A stretch of 64,000 nt of DNA from Raillietiella orientalis (GCA_036172245.1 JAYWIR010000041.1:1612001-1676000), one strand, 5' to 3'; positions 1 to 12,720 are shown, counted from the stretch's first letter. Notes: generated by a model from the sequence alone, not told the origin. Numbers and translations: made by a program.

Positions 1-11
1 CAATAGAGAGA

Positions 12-40
12 AGATTGCAGTTTCAGTGAAACTGCAATCT
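12..40. repeat. Perfect inverted repeat, 14-bp arms with a 1-nt spacer
   Basis: agattgcagtttca (12-25), g, tgaaactgcaatct (27-40); the arms are exact reverse complements. Confidence 0.9.
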
Positions 41-329
41 GATGTTCCAATAGGGACGCTCGTGGCAAAATGAGTGCCGTACCGTTCGCCTGATGTGAGT
101 CAACTACCATCAATGTACACATGAAGACATAACAACCTGTTTGACTTGCACTCGAATCCCGAGCAGGAATGCACGTATCCTCGCAAGCTGCTCAACCTGT
201 ATGCCGTGCATCTTCAGATTCGTATGGAAAGATGCGCTTGTGCACGCATTTGCATAGTGCATGCATTCGCATTACTATTCCCGGCATGCTATGTACATCT
301 CGAATGGTTGAACATGAACGTTTTCTGAA

Positions 330-1175
330 TACAATACAGTCAATGGAAAGTTCGCTTCGACAGGAGCGCCGGTCCACGGCGCGACGTTTGCACGGGTCCA
401 CCAAGTGGCAATGGTGGCCACGAAAGACGAGCAGCCAGCATGGTTTGAGAGAGGAAGAGGAAGATGGGAGAGCGCGTGGGAGGCTATCCCTTTCGCTCGC
501 ATGTACGCCTGCTTCTCCTTGCTGCTAGCCCATGCGTACATCTCCTGTCCGTCCCATCGTTTGGAATGGCTGGCAGCAGAAAGCTCTGGAGCACTGGATC
601 GCCACCTTGGAAGAGCAACTGCCTCCGCTGCAGGGCCTGCTCCGCAAACCGCTGGGAGATACGCCGCAGCACTGGTCGCAGTGGTCCCGGTTAGCCGTCT
701 CACGCCCGGCTGCAGCGCCGTCTGCCCTCAGCTCCAACAACGACAGGGGCCAACCGCCAGGGTGGCTGTTCTCCTGCAAACTTGCAAGAGTCGAAAAACT
801 CTTCAATGGCTGAAAACGAGCGAGCTGGTGAACGCCTCCACTCCTGGATTCCGGTCAAATGGACTGCTTCGGTGGAGAGAGCTTCTCGGAGTGGCCCCCG
901 AAGAGCTTGCGGTCCCTTCCCTCTGCGTGGACACCTCCGTGCACCCGCTCCTGCGGATTCCTTCCGTTCTCTCCAAGGTGTGCTTAGTTATTTGATTGTA
1001 TGTTTTTTTTGTTTTTGTTTTTTCCCTTCCCTTCCGTTTCCGCGGAGAGTCCCATCGGTGTGCGTAGTGGCTACCCGGGAGGTGTCGTGTAAAATGGAAT
1101 GCTGTAGGGCATGTTTTGTCACCATCTATGTTTTGAGTGGATTCAATAGGCGCCCTGGCGTGACTGGGTGATAAC
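330..1175 (+). mobile_element. Decayed L1/Tx1-like non-LTR retrotransposon 3' fragment (copy C)
   Basis: Peptides LLLAHAYISCPSHRLEW and RWRELLGVAPEEL resemble LLLSHWDLPCNICRSHW and CWGKLLGIPQEDL of the copy at 53 kb. A T-rich tract follows, then the shared terminal motif gccctggcgtgactgggtgataa (about 1152-1174). Boundaries are approximate. Confidence 0.55.
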
Positions 1176-1180
1176 TGCGG

Positions 1181-1640
1181 TTGAAACAGTACTATCTGTT
1201 GTTTTTACATTGGGGATTTCTGTGCAATCAGCGCAGTCGTCTGATTTGCGGGAGAGTTGCCTCCCCAAACTTTTCGAGGTACTGGACCTTGCAATTGTTT
1301 ACGCATCGCTATTGGTCTGCAGTACCTTTGAGGACTTTTGCCGAGACTCGTTTGTTCGCTCCGCCAACTGGAAGAAACCGCTTCGTAGTCGCTGAGAGTG
1401 TTCTTCAACAAAGGTGGAATGATAAAGTGTGATTGCAAGAATTTGTTGCATCCGTGCTATAGTAACAGCCTTCCACGCGTTGGATGCACGTTGTTGGCGA
1501 ATGGAGGCTGCCGTCATGGGAGCTTTCGTGAAGACAGCTTCTAGGCGGTCTCGTCTGCCTGAAGAGGTCATCAAAAAGATCGTGATCCTACACACCCGTT
1601 TCCAGTAACAAAAAGACGAAGGAACCACAGACTTCAATAA
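1181..1640 (+). mobile_element. Decayed zf-RVT-type retrotransposon 3' fragment (copy D), directly abutting copy C
   Basis: LLFLHWGFLCNQRSRLICGRVASPNFSRY aligns with LLLSHWDLPCNICRSHWTQGAVDPNCCRC in ORF 52988..53701; it is frameshifted and ends near AATAAA at about 1635. Confidence 0.5.
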
Positions 1641-2179
1641 ACATGCGTTCAAGTCTATATGGTGAGATTGAGATTCATGTGTTCAGTGGGCAGTTACCGT
1701 ATCCATACCAAATTGTGCTATAATGACGATTGCGGAGTTGCAATTTTGATACTATCGCTGTTCCTGGTATTTGAACACATAAAGAGGAAACTGCTTTCAA
1801 ATGTAGCTGAGATACAACCGCACTTAAGGCATGGCTTAATGTTGAAGATCCTATTTAGCTCGTTGACAAACTCACCGTGACTTTACTTTATAGCTTGGGA
1901 GTAAAATGCGCATTGTTTGAGAAAATGCTGGATGGAATTCTGACAAAATTTAAATACACAGATGCCTTTCGCTGTGTACATGATGGAGTGTTACCAGATG
2001 TGTCCTATGGCGAATCCGGGTTATGATCGCAGGTAATACTGCGCAGTATGCCAAACAGCTTGGCAGTAATGATATGTAAAGCTCTCAGGCAACCATTGCA
2101 CACAGAAATGCGTTACTCTAGTTGGTGTGTTATCACTAAGTGCAAACCTCTACAGGCCATCTACTTGAAAGCACAAATG

Positions 2180-4522
2180 TCTCGTGAACACGACGCGGTC
2201 GTCGCCAGACAGCAATGGCATGGCGTCCGATCGTCGCTCAGCGGGAGGACCTCTCCGGGGCATTCCCCGGCCGGAGCGGGAGCGGAACACGGTTGCCACG
2301 TCGGAGAACGCTGCGCGGAGAGGCACCACTGCTGCGTTCCGGCCGACCCGCCGAGGCTCGTTTCGTGTTCCCAGCCGCCGTCGCCGCTGGCGAACGGTTT
2401 CCACCCGAAGCTGGTCGGCGTGCTGCCGTCCGCCTCGCTCCGACGAGGTGGGCGCTCGCCTGTCCGCGGAACGCAAAGCGGCCGTTGCCTGCGCGTGCGG
2501 GCTTCGGTCTAAGGTCCTGCGTCCGCACCTACGCGCAGCTTCGTCTCGGAACCCTCGCAGCTCGCGGGGTCGCCGATGGGAGGCGACGGGCTGCGGCTCG
2601 AAATTTCGGGGCCGCTCTCGCACGATCCGTGGCGTTCGGTATCTCCCGTGCCGGCGGCCGTCTGGTCTGCCGCTGCCGCCGCTCCTCGCCGTCGCCGTTT
2701 CAGAGGCGCGTTCGCAGGCCGGACGCGACGGCCGCAGGGCAGGCGGTAGCTGCGGAGGCGTCGTCCGTGCCTCCGATGCCCGCTCCTCGCGTCGGGTCGG
2801 AACGAGCGACTGGCTTTGTCCAGATCGATGGGACGTGCTTTCCCGTGTCTCATCACTGTTCACAGCCTGCGTCGTAGGCCGTGTGGTGATGGTGGTCTCC
2901 GCGCGTGGCACCGAACTCGCAGGGCTCTCTCCAGGACACAGGGGAGGACTACTCTCCGGCGGAGGCGTGGTCCAGCTGCCTACAGAAGGCTGAGAAGGAG
3001 ATCGGCCCGTTACTAGATGGCAAGTTTTCCTTTCCGGAACGGGCCGCAGTGTGGAACGCGTTCGTGGCCCCCTTTTTCGCCCATTGCTTTTTGTTTGTCC
3101 CCCACCAAGAAGTGCAAAGAAGCGGAGGAAGGACCACGTCAGAATCGCCCTTTGGGGTGCAGTGAGGCCCCGAGTCCGGCTGAAGGACTTGTGCACTCCG
3201 CGTCACGATGGAGGCCTCGGCCTCCTGACGCTGGAGAGACCGGAGTTACAGCTCCAGTTCAGAACTTGAGCCCTAGTGGCGAAGCTTTGGAGCATCAGCT
3301 GGTGCGAGCCTGCACGATACCTGGTCCAGCGAGCCAGTGGCTGCGCGGGACTGTTTGCCTTGCTGGAGCGCCACCAACGTCGGTACCTTTTCCATTGCGG
3401 ACTGGAGCTCCGGTGAGTGGCCAAGCTGACCAGGACGAACGCCAGCATCTCCTGCCGGCCCGCGAACGGTACTGCCTGGTTGCAGGAAAGCCTTCGCACA
3501 TGGGCCCAGAACATGGAAGCGAGCCCGGAGTTGCGGCAGCAACTGTTGCACTCCTTTTACAACAGCCGCTCGCTGAAGGACGTTATCGTTCAGCCCGCCT
3601 CGCGTGCTGAAACCTGCCCTTTCAGCCTATCTAGCTGCGGTTTTGCCCTACCGCAGAGAGCACTTGGACAGTAGTCAGCCGGCCAAATGGGAGGTCCGTT
3701 ATAAAATCTCTTCAAGAGAGAAGGAACTAGGTGGTTGGACCACGGAGAGCTAAGTGACGCTGAGACTTCAAGTGCCCCACCGAAGGGGTTATTGATCTGG
3801 GGCGAGCTGCTGGGCATCCGATGGAAGTACTCGAGTGACTCCCAGAGCTAAAGAATACCCAAGCCCTCCCCCTGAAGTGGCAGGAGTCGGCGTTTCTGGT
3901 GTTGCACTGGAAGCTCCTCAGCAACGCCTGCCGATCTCACTGGACGAGGAGGGCTGCGGATCCGAACTGAGTCAGGCGCAGGGTACAGGAATTCCTCCCA
4001 CACTTGCTTATTGACTGTGTTGCCCTCCGGCCTCTGTGGTTGCGGTTTACAACGGTCCTAGGAGCGCCAGTGAACTCTTCCAGAGACGTGATCAAGCGCC
4101 TCTTTATGCGCGATGCTCTTTCGCCTGCCGCAGCCCTTTGGTGCCTACGCGGGATTGTGGCGGCCTAGACATAAGCCAGAGATGTACGCACGCACGATAG
4201 GGACGCCATCTGTTTCGCCCTGGGCTTCCTGAGGACGGCAGCCATATGGTCCCATCTGGGACGTATGCGCATGGAACTTGCCAGGAAGGCAGAGGAAGTT
4301 CTTCAGTGGAATGTAATCCCCTCCCCAGCCCCCCTTGCTTTTGTAAATAGCGTTCTTTTTTCTTTTTCTTTATCCTCTCCTCCTCCACTGCCGAGCTGAA
4401 CCTCGCCGGCCTGCGTGCCGGTAACTCGGCAAGTTCCGAACTTCTTTCGGACGTTGTAGGGCCGATGGCCCTATACATGCATATTTACGAATATAAACGC
4501 CCCGGCGCACCCTGGTGTAAAT
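2180..4522 (+). mobile_element. Decayed L1/Tx1-like non-LTR retrotransposon (copy A): post-RT region, zf-RVT and 3' UTR
   Basis: Contains post-RT motifs WSSCLQKAEKEIGPLLDGKFSFPERAAVWNAF and DLCTPRHDGGLGLL, and a degenerate zinc knuckle (HLLIDCVALRPLW, about 4000-4040). Clear DNA similarity to 52.2-53.7 kb, with several stops and frameshifts. Confidence 0.75.
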
Positions 4523-5233
4523 CAAGCGTCGCGGGTTCGAACACTTTGAACTGAATCGACTCAGTGAGTTGTGGGTTTCCTCCCGCGAGATGACGCTGGT
4601 TGGCCTGCATTCATTCGGGTGCGGCACTAGTAGCGGTTCAAACCGGATGTCCCCGATGAACAGCCGGGACAAATAGAAGTCGACCCTCCGGGTCCTTCCA
4701 GGAATGAAGGAGAGTATCCCCATTCCGGGGAGATCCTCCGCGTCGTATTGAGGGATTTGGTGTGACGCCACCACCTCTCCAGGGGGAGTGCAGAGAAGTG
4801 AGCCGATACAGATCACATGGAAAAGCACACCTCTGAGTCCTGAGTTGCTTTCCTAGTCGATCGTGCACTCAAAACTGAAGTGAATCCACTGCTTGAAGTT
4901 GGAACCAAAAATCCAGGAATTCATCACATAAGTACCAAAAGAGTGTTCACTCTCCAATCGATGAGAAAAAAATCTTTCCTTACAGAAAAGTAGTCTTTAA
5001 AGGTAATTTAGTGGTAAATTGCATTTGACCATCCGTTTTCAAAGTTTGTATTTTAAAAATAGATATTTCATAGTACCGTCTGAACTAAGAATGAAATGAG
5101 TCAGGATGTGTCGAAGTGAAGAAATTGCGTTGACTCTTCATAGAGCTTAAATATTATAAATGTAGTTTTTTTAAGAAAATATTTGAATGAATACAAGTAG
5201 AAGTAAATCAAAATGACAGTAAACAAACATCAA

Positions 5234-8200
5234 TCACATCGTGTAATCAGAAAAGTCCACGCATGCACGAATGCGATGACTGCCATCCAAAGCTGATTGC
5301 TCATCTCTTGCATTGGCATTGCACGTAAAACCATACTCCTCTTCGTAAGTGTGAAATTCGGGAAATAAAAATCGCAGCAGCAAAATCATGTTTCCTCTTC
5401 TCTTCTTTCTCCAGCAACTTTCTGCAGAAAGCACAGCATCATGCTGTCTTAGAATGCAATCGATCACGGCTTGAGCAGTGTCAGCAACATTATAATGCTT
5501 TCGCGACTACGATGGAAAAGAAAACTTGGATTGAAAACCAACATACTCTTGGAAGAAATCAGCAATGCCATATATAAATTACTGGTATGTGAAACATTAA
5601 GGAAAAAAAAACCTTCTGCTTAGTAAAAAAGAAAAACGAGACTCCTGTTCTCATATTACAAGCAGTGGGTTTCTTTTGTCGAGAGGATGAAATAGTTCAC
5701 CAAGTAATTATGAAATTCATTAATAGAATCATTTGGAAATTAGAGTGGATAAAAGCTTCAATGGTGCAACTTAAACACTCATATGTGGGACAAAATTTGA
5801 GATTTCATAAACACTTAGTTCCTACACGAGATCTGCTTTGATAATTTTATATTTACGTCGATATGGTAACAGTTATATGGAACTTCAAAAAATTGTCTGA
5901 AGCACTACGTTTTCATATGAAATAGGAATACAAACAAAGAAAATCAGTAATTTGTAAAAGCGGACTAATGGCAATTGATGACATCAGAAGGAATTCCATC
6001 ATTTGTTTCCTTTTCCGTAATTGGTTTGGTGGGCAAAATAAAAAGTAAGGTACAACAGATCACTAATCAATCGTTCTGCCTGTTGTAATTGTTCTGCTTT
6101 TTGATAATTGGTTAATTATTTTAATACATGAAAAAAAGTAGCTGTAGGTTAGACCTTTACAATAACAATGGATGATATTCATTCAATCTCAATTGCATGC
6201 ATTAAAATTGAAAACATAAACACAGATTTATCAAGTACCATGCACAACATGTACATCTTTGCTACCTGTTCGAGTATCACCTTTATGATTTCTTCATTTG
6301 CTTTTGAACTTCCCACATACTCTTCTACACAAAGATAAAGACTCTCAGACATGAGAACAAGAAGACTGAAAGCATATGTTATTAGAAGGAGGAACTCAAT
6401 TTTCAGTTTTATTATTGATGGTATTATTGAGGGTTTTATTATTTTATTTACCTGGGATAATAATCAACAGAAAATGAATGTACTTCAGGAATTGATGTTA
6501 CAGGCTGCTCTGTGCATGAACAAAAATCCTCCACACCTTTGAAATGGATTTTGGTGATGTAATTTCCTAAGCATCTTGTTAATATCCTTTCATTCTTTAC
6601 TACAAATTTTGAAAACCACAATATTCAATAAAATTTCCTTTTTGTAATTCCATGTTGATTGCTAGAATTCACAACATTCACAAAAAAACTCATAACAAAA
6701 CTTGAAATTGGAATGATATTCTCCTAGCTAAGAATTGATCTCCAGTATAACAAGTAAGTGTTCACAAAATGAAATTAATGAAAATTCAAAAACATAATCA
6801 GTAATATAAGTCTGTAATCACACATGATCCACACATTTCAAAGTTTTCAGGAAAAAATTCCAATTTTATTAAAAAATTAAACAAAAAAAGTTAACAAATT
6901 GCTGCCGCAGCTATGGATCCCCCAAAATAGCAGAATACTTCATAAATGAAATTGAAGCACACAACATAAAGCTTTTCTTTTTTTTTTCTACAAAAGAGAG
7001 GACAATTCTAAGGATAACAAAGGATACTGCATTCCCTGCTTATATGTTCCAAACTTCAACACTAAAACTATTTCAATTCTTGCAGCAACCTGTAAATCTG
7101 TACAATCTGACATCTAGTACTATCAGCAATAAATGCTTGTTTGAACGAAAGGACATACTCTACATTACAACTCTGCATTCATTTTCCACAGATAAGCCAA
7201 CATGTATATTTCATATTCGAAATTACATGTCTCTTTATCAATGGTGCTGTTACTTCCTTTTAAATGCGTCTACTCATTTTAAATCATACAAGTGGATATG
7301 GCACATTATATGTACATACACATTTAAGCAATAACATAAAATACACCTACTCTTTTATCTTATAACATTGAAATTTTTACCAAATTTTTTTACACCTACT
7401 TTTATCTTTTTTATATCCTAAGTTTTCCAATCTTTCAATTTCATGGGGATTTTTAAGATTGTGTTCATTGGAAAACTGCAATATCCTTCTGCATTTTGTT
7501 TGATCCTCAAAGCTGAATAAAGCACGACATGCTCCAATGTTGCCCAAATATATTACTTCTTCGTACAACATAGCTACCATTGCAGAACAGCTGTTTTGTA
7601 ATTTCAAATCATCATAATCCCAATCTGAAGAATATGATGTACTTTGAGATGCTGTAAAAGCTTGGGAATCATTTGAAGGAATACCAATTTTGTTGCACCT
7701 TTTTTCAAGACATGATTCAAAATACTTTTTATCTACTGCTTCAAAGGCACATCTAGTACTGATATCAAAATCTTTCTTAATATCTGTCTCATAGAATGCA
7801 GCAATTAAAGTGTCCACAATGATTTCTTTAGCTAACTGAGAAATTTCATATCCATAATTTTCATCGAATATCCCATATAAAAAAAAATTGGATTCTATCT
7901 GGTAGTAAAAACTGCACATCCTAGATCTTGAAACATCATATTTTTCTCCATCTGATTCTTTGGATATACCAATTCCTCAAAAATAAAATACGCATACAAA
8001 AACGTTATCAGTTTTTTTCAACTGCAAATCGAAGTTATACATTCATGAGAACAGGAACTCAATATTTATAGAACACTCTACGAAGCATTATGAAGAAAAT
8101 CAATATGCTTTAACAATTTAAATGGACCAATACAATAAACTGCCTTAAAACCAAGTCTCCAAATACAATTTAATATTATAAAATACGTATTTGAACATTT

Positions 8201-8783
8201 CTGTGAAACATAATATTTTCAGAATTCAAATTTGAAAGACGAAATTTCGATTTGATTACCACATCGGGGGATAAATAGCTGAATCCACAAAAAAATAGTC
8301 ACCTGTGAAAGGACAAAGCAAGTCACTTTCCACGTGCATATCAACCAATTAGCAGATAACTTATATGCGTGTTCAAGTGAATTTGTTACACTTCTGTAAT
8401 GCGAATTCTCCAAAGTTGATACTTTCAAGAGAAATGTTTGCCTTCATCAGAAAGTGAAATCTCAAGATACAAGACCTGAAACAAATGTGGTACGCTTTTC
8501 CTGCTCACAAGGAAAACAAAGTTCGATATTTCCAAATGTGCACAGGTAACCAAATGCAAAAAAGTTTGTACGAATTTGATCCCATGGTCCAATTTGGATA
8601 TCTGATGCGATCTTGACGCAGTCCTTCAACTCGGGATCAACAAAATAGACTGTAAGAAATCTGTTTATTCATTTCACTGTCTTCATAAAATATACGTAAA
8701 ATAAGATGATCGATGTAATGGAAAGGAAGACAGTGACATTTTTCGAATACGCAGACCAAGTTTTGAGGATACAGGAAGCACAT
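5234..8783 (-). CDS. TAB1: TAK1-binding protein 1-like (PP2C-fold pseudophosphatase), 6 coding exons, about 427 aa
   Basis: Exons 8696-8783 (least certain), 8551-8649, 7400-7975, 6452-6599, 6266-6365 and 5234-5506 total 1284 nt and are phase-compatible with GT-AG introns. Motifs in TAB1 order: W-x10-GIG, FLYGIFD, IYLGNIGACRAL, NEHNLKNPHEIERL, TRCLGNYITK, LVLMSESLY, ANEEI, AQAVID, and C-terminal ACVDFSDY (compare the TAK1-binding PYVDFAEFY). Confidence 0.85.
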
Positions 8784-10262
8784 GCTTCATGAAGATTGCA
8801 CTAAAGGAAGTCCTAAATTATCAGTTTCGCAGCATAGAACATGAAAATTTACACGACGCTGTATTCGATTGAGAGCTCTCGAAAATAGTATAAGTAGAAA
8901 GATGCGTATATACATACAAACATGCATGTATTCAGCCAGTGCCAAGCGAATTTCTAGCATACTGTTAACTACTTATGTCTTGGACGTTTGAATGGGTATG
9001 TGAGAAACCGTTCCAATGTTAGGAAAGCACTTTTAAGAGCTTGTAAAATATTGTAAGATTGCTAACATGAAATACAAATATTCCTATTTTGAGGTAAAAC
9101 GAGAGGATATACAATACCATCACGCACGTACAACAGCTGTTTGTCATACCGGAAGAGCAAGTAACTCGTTTACAAATCACATGTCAAATTAGAAAAAGCT
9201 ATTACCCTGTACCTATTCCCTATTTGATTTCAAGCTTTCTTTAAAAAGTTGGATACAAGTGGCACGTAATTTTTGAAAAAAATGTAGAAAAATGGTTCTC
9301 AAACAGTTTGTGAATATACGAATTCTTACCCAATTGTTGCATACTAATGATTACAGGGTTTGTCTTAAAAGAAATTGCGTGGATATTTGTTTCTTCATTT
9401 GTCCATGGGATGCTTTTTAGGTACACTTAGGATACTAGGTATAATTGAGATCAATTATTTCTGTTTTTCAGAACTTTCTTATTATTTTCTCAAAATCCTG
9501 GGCACTTGTGAACGTAGAAGATTTTGCTAGGAAACAAAGAAATTTCGCTCTGTATTCTTTCCTAATTTTGAAACCACAGATTATGATGGATTGCACTTCT
9601 TCCACAGAGATCCGTTTTCTTACGTTTCTCTACGCAAAGAAATCAGTTCTTAGCGCGGTTTTTCATCGGCAGAAAGAGATTGCAAGCACTTTCTCCCACT
9701 TCACTCCAGGGCGGCTAGAGAGTGAAATCCTTAGAACAAGGTAAACATTCGAAAGAATGTGCATTCACATTGAGTCCGGAGGATCCAAGCATCCCTGAAA
9801 TCTGTCCCTACGACAATCGCGAAAAGGTACGCTATGTATGAGATTTCTTCTGTATGAATTGAAGTGGAATAAAATACATTTTCGTTTGCTTGAAGTAACC
9901 GGAAACTCGTTTGTGTAGTTTAGTTTCGCAATTTCGTTTCACTCACTATATAAAAAATACCAGGAAATTGCTGCAATTGATACTTTGCATCACGCATCCA
10001 ATCAGTTTACTTATCAGTTTGAGTACTCAAGTTACCCCGGAGAGATTCTCTTCTCAAAGATGGAACTGTTTGAGAAATCTTTCGATAACGCATTCTCGGT
10101 CAAGTCTGAATGAGCTGAGAAATTTGAAATTCTTGGTGCGCAAGTACAGCGTTGTACTTCTGTATATATACATGACTCTGTACAAATGTATTCCTACAGT
10201 ATCTTATGTTAATCATATAATATCCATCCCTTTTATTCATTTATGGTTTCGGGAAAATTTTT

Positions 10263-12720
10263 TCACGTATTTCTGGCTTCATCGTAGAGAAATGGGAAAT
10301 TCCGGGAGAGTGGCAACCCATCGCCAGCTGGAGTTCGTTGCTCTGCACGTGTGCTGGAAGAGCCACGGGAATCGAGCGCACCGGACGTTTCGTGCCGTTG
10401 CCAGCCCTGGACGAAGGACTGGGCGCAGCGCAAACGGCGCCCTTGACTCACACATGCAAGGCTGCTTTCCAAGAGACAAGCCGCGGGCCGCGGGCAAGTC
10501 GAAGTGTGATTCACTTGTCTCATCTTTATTGAGGCATTCGCTTCCCTCTGATGCTGTTCGTGCTCTCCTCCCCGAAAGCAGCACGGAGCACTCCCGCTCA
10601 AACGGGAAGCGAGGCGCTCGGTTCGTCTGCGGAAAGTCAAACCACATGGTCGGCAGTGGGCCACTGCCAATCGCCTTGATTTCAAATGGGTCCTCGGGCA
10701 CCGGGCGGGATGGAAAATCGGAAGGAACGACTTCCCCTCCGAGGAAGATCACCGCAACGAGAGAGTGACCGCAATCCAGCCATGTCCACGACAGGTTGAC
10801 GGATAATTCATCTGCCTTCCAGCAGCATCTCGTATTCGTCCCGGGAGGCGGCGAGCAGCGTGGTCGCACCTGGAACAAAATGCACCGAATCGATCACCAA
10901 GCAACCCGGAAATCAACGATTAACAGGCTCCCTGAACGCAAGAGATCTCTCCCACTGAACAGCGAGCTCGAACCCTTCGGTCGCATGCAACAACCTTGCC
11001 CACACTTCACTCGGAGCACGGGCGAAAGAAACACGGGCATCGCTGATGGTTCGAAGTGGTTTCGCACCATGGCGACCGACTGGCGCGGTGATGGCGAAGC
11101 GAGATGTGCATTGGGGGCGGCTTGTATGCATTCTCACTAGAATCGTCCCTGTTCCTGCAATCGCAAAGAAGCTGCAGCAATTCGAAGCGGGACTTTCGGC
11201 AGACTTGGTACGGAAATGTCAGTGGACTTTCTACTCAGACTTTGGTGATGCCAAAGCAAGCCGTTCTACCAAAGCGTTCCAGAGCATCGGTACTACAGGA
11301 CGGGATGAACAAACGTGGAGCATCATCCATGCCCTTGGGGAAGGAGCAGCAACAGGAGCAAGGCATTCCCGAGAAGCGATGCGGAACGCTGCAATGGACC
11401 TTTCCTAAACCAAGACAAGAGTGCGCTGGCGAGGTGCACGAGGAAGATGATCCCGAGAAACCTAAGGAGGTGGATGGAAAGGTGTCCCTTGCTGAGAAGC
11501 AGACAATACAGGATCAAGAAAACAAAATCAATGGGAGTGGTAAGATGAAATGGTAAGACAAAGGTGCACAAAGAATGTTCTTTTCCCACTTACTCCATCT
11601 CCTCCGCTCGCCGAGGTCGCCATAATAGGCTTCGGGACAGGTGCAATTCACGAGGACTCAGTTGGGCTTCGCATCCACCGCCACTCGAACACGCGCACTC
11701 TAGGGGCACTCTAGGGAGCTTTCGTCGTATTCAGGAATCTTCCTCGTGATGAATTTTCATCATGAGCAAAATTTAGTAAAGAGAACACCCATTGGAAATC
11801 ATCTTTGGTTGCACAGGAAAAGTCACTTGGAAACAGTGCAGCTGGAATCTTTCCGATCGGAATTTCCAATCGCAAGATGTGCAGCCAAAGTCACTCGCTC
11901 TTACCAGTCACCAGGGTGTCCTTCGCCAGTTTTCAAGGCGATTCCTTGGCACAGGGGTGAAACTCAGTACACACAAGGAATCCGGTGCTCGGCTCTTTCA
12001 AGCAATGGCGCTTGCCATCCGTAGCGCGCTTGTATCCGCAGCCATCGGGAAGCGGTTTCCGAAGACACTGAACTGAGCGCAAGCATCACCACATGACACG
12101 TTGCGCACAGGCACAAGATCATGCTCACCACATTTCTTGAATCCTGTCGAATGCGCTATCAGTCAGGTTCGACTGGCACACTGATGGCTCGTAGCGCAAG
12201 AGCAACCATTAGCGCGCTGAGATCCGAGACACAAATCGGAATAAAGGGAGGAGTGGAAACGGTGCAAAAAGATTGCCCTAGTACGGACACTGGAATTCCA
12301 GTGGGAACATGGGTTCCACTGGGATGCGCATTTCGCTCGGAAGCTCAGAAATTCCACGATCCCGACGTTCTCTCGGTAATGGAATTGGCTCGCTGATGTG
12401 GGTGGATGCTGAGCGCGGAATCCCGTTCTCCAATTGGGGAATGGCTGCTGAGAGCGCATCTCTTTTCGATAGCATTTCAAGGTGCCTGGAGAGAAAAGCC
12501 GATCCTCTAGGATCTTTCTAGGATCGTTCATTCAGGAGGCGGAGTCGTACCTGACCACTCCAGATGTCGTACGAAAAATTCAGAGGAAAGCAAAACTTTC
12601 TGAGGAGCGCTTTCGGCTACGATCCACGTGCATCCGCAGCCTTCCCATTGCCCTTTCACCCAAGCATCGCAAAAGAAGGAAGAATTCGCAGTAATTGAAC
12701 TTCCCTCCACGCTACGTGTA
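10263..12720 (+). mobile_element. Cluster of highly decayed L1/Tx1-like retrotransposon fragments
   Basis: Abrupt switch from AT-rich to GC-richer DNA. Remnant motifs include ERKRSLPLNSELEP (about 10935) and CIGGGLYAFSLE (about 11104), resembling the post-RT LS..GR..L.NS and P..GGLG motifs. No intact ORF. Confidence 0.45.

Noticed and set aside
2150..3196. 348-aa antisense ORF (and the 366-aa ORF 51614..52714) as a conserved antisense gene of the retroelement
   Set aside because: The homologous segments switch reading frame between copies A and B, including across a 22-bp duplication, and the products are Arg/Pro-rich as expected for GC-rich shadow ORFs.
4528..4545. tRNA B-box-like gtcgcgggttcgaacac just after copy A
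   Set aside because: No cloverleaf or properly spaced A-box, and it is absent after copies B and C, so a tRNA gene or tRNA target is unsupported.
7343..7360. Duplicated donor or 8-nt microexon in a TAB1-like intron
   Set aside because: Inclusion would shift the frame; the 7400 to 6599 junction already gives a continuous TAB1-like protein.
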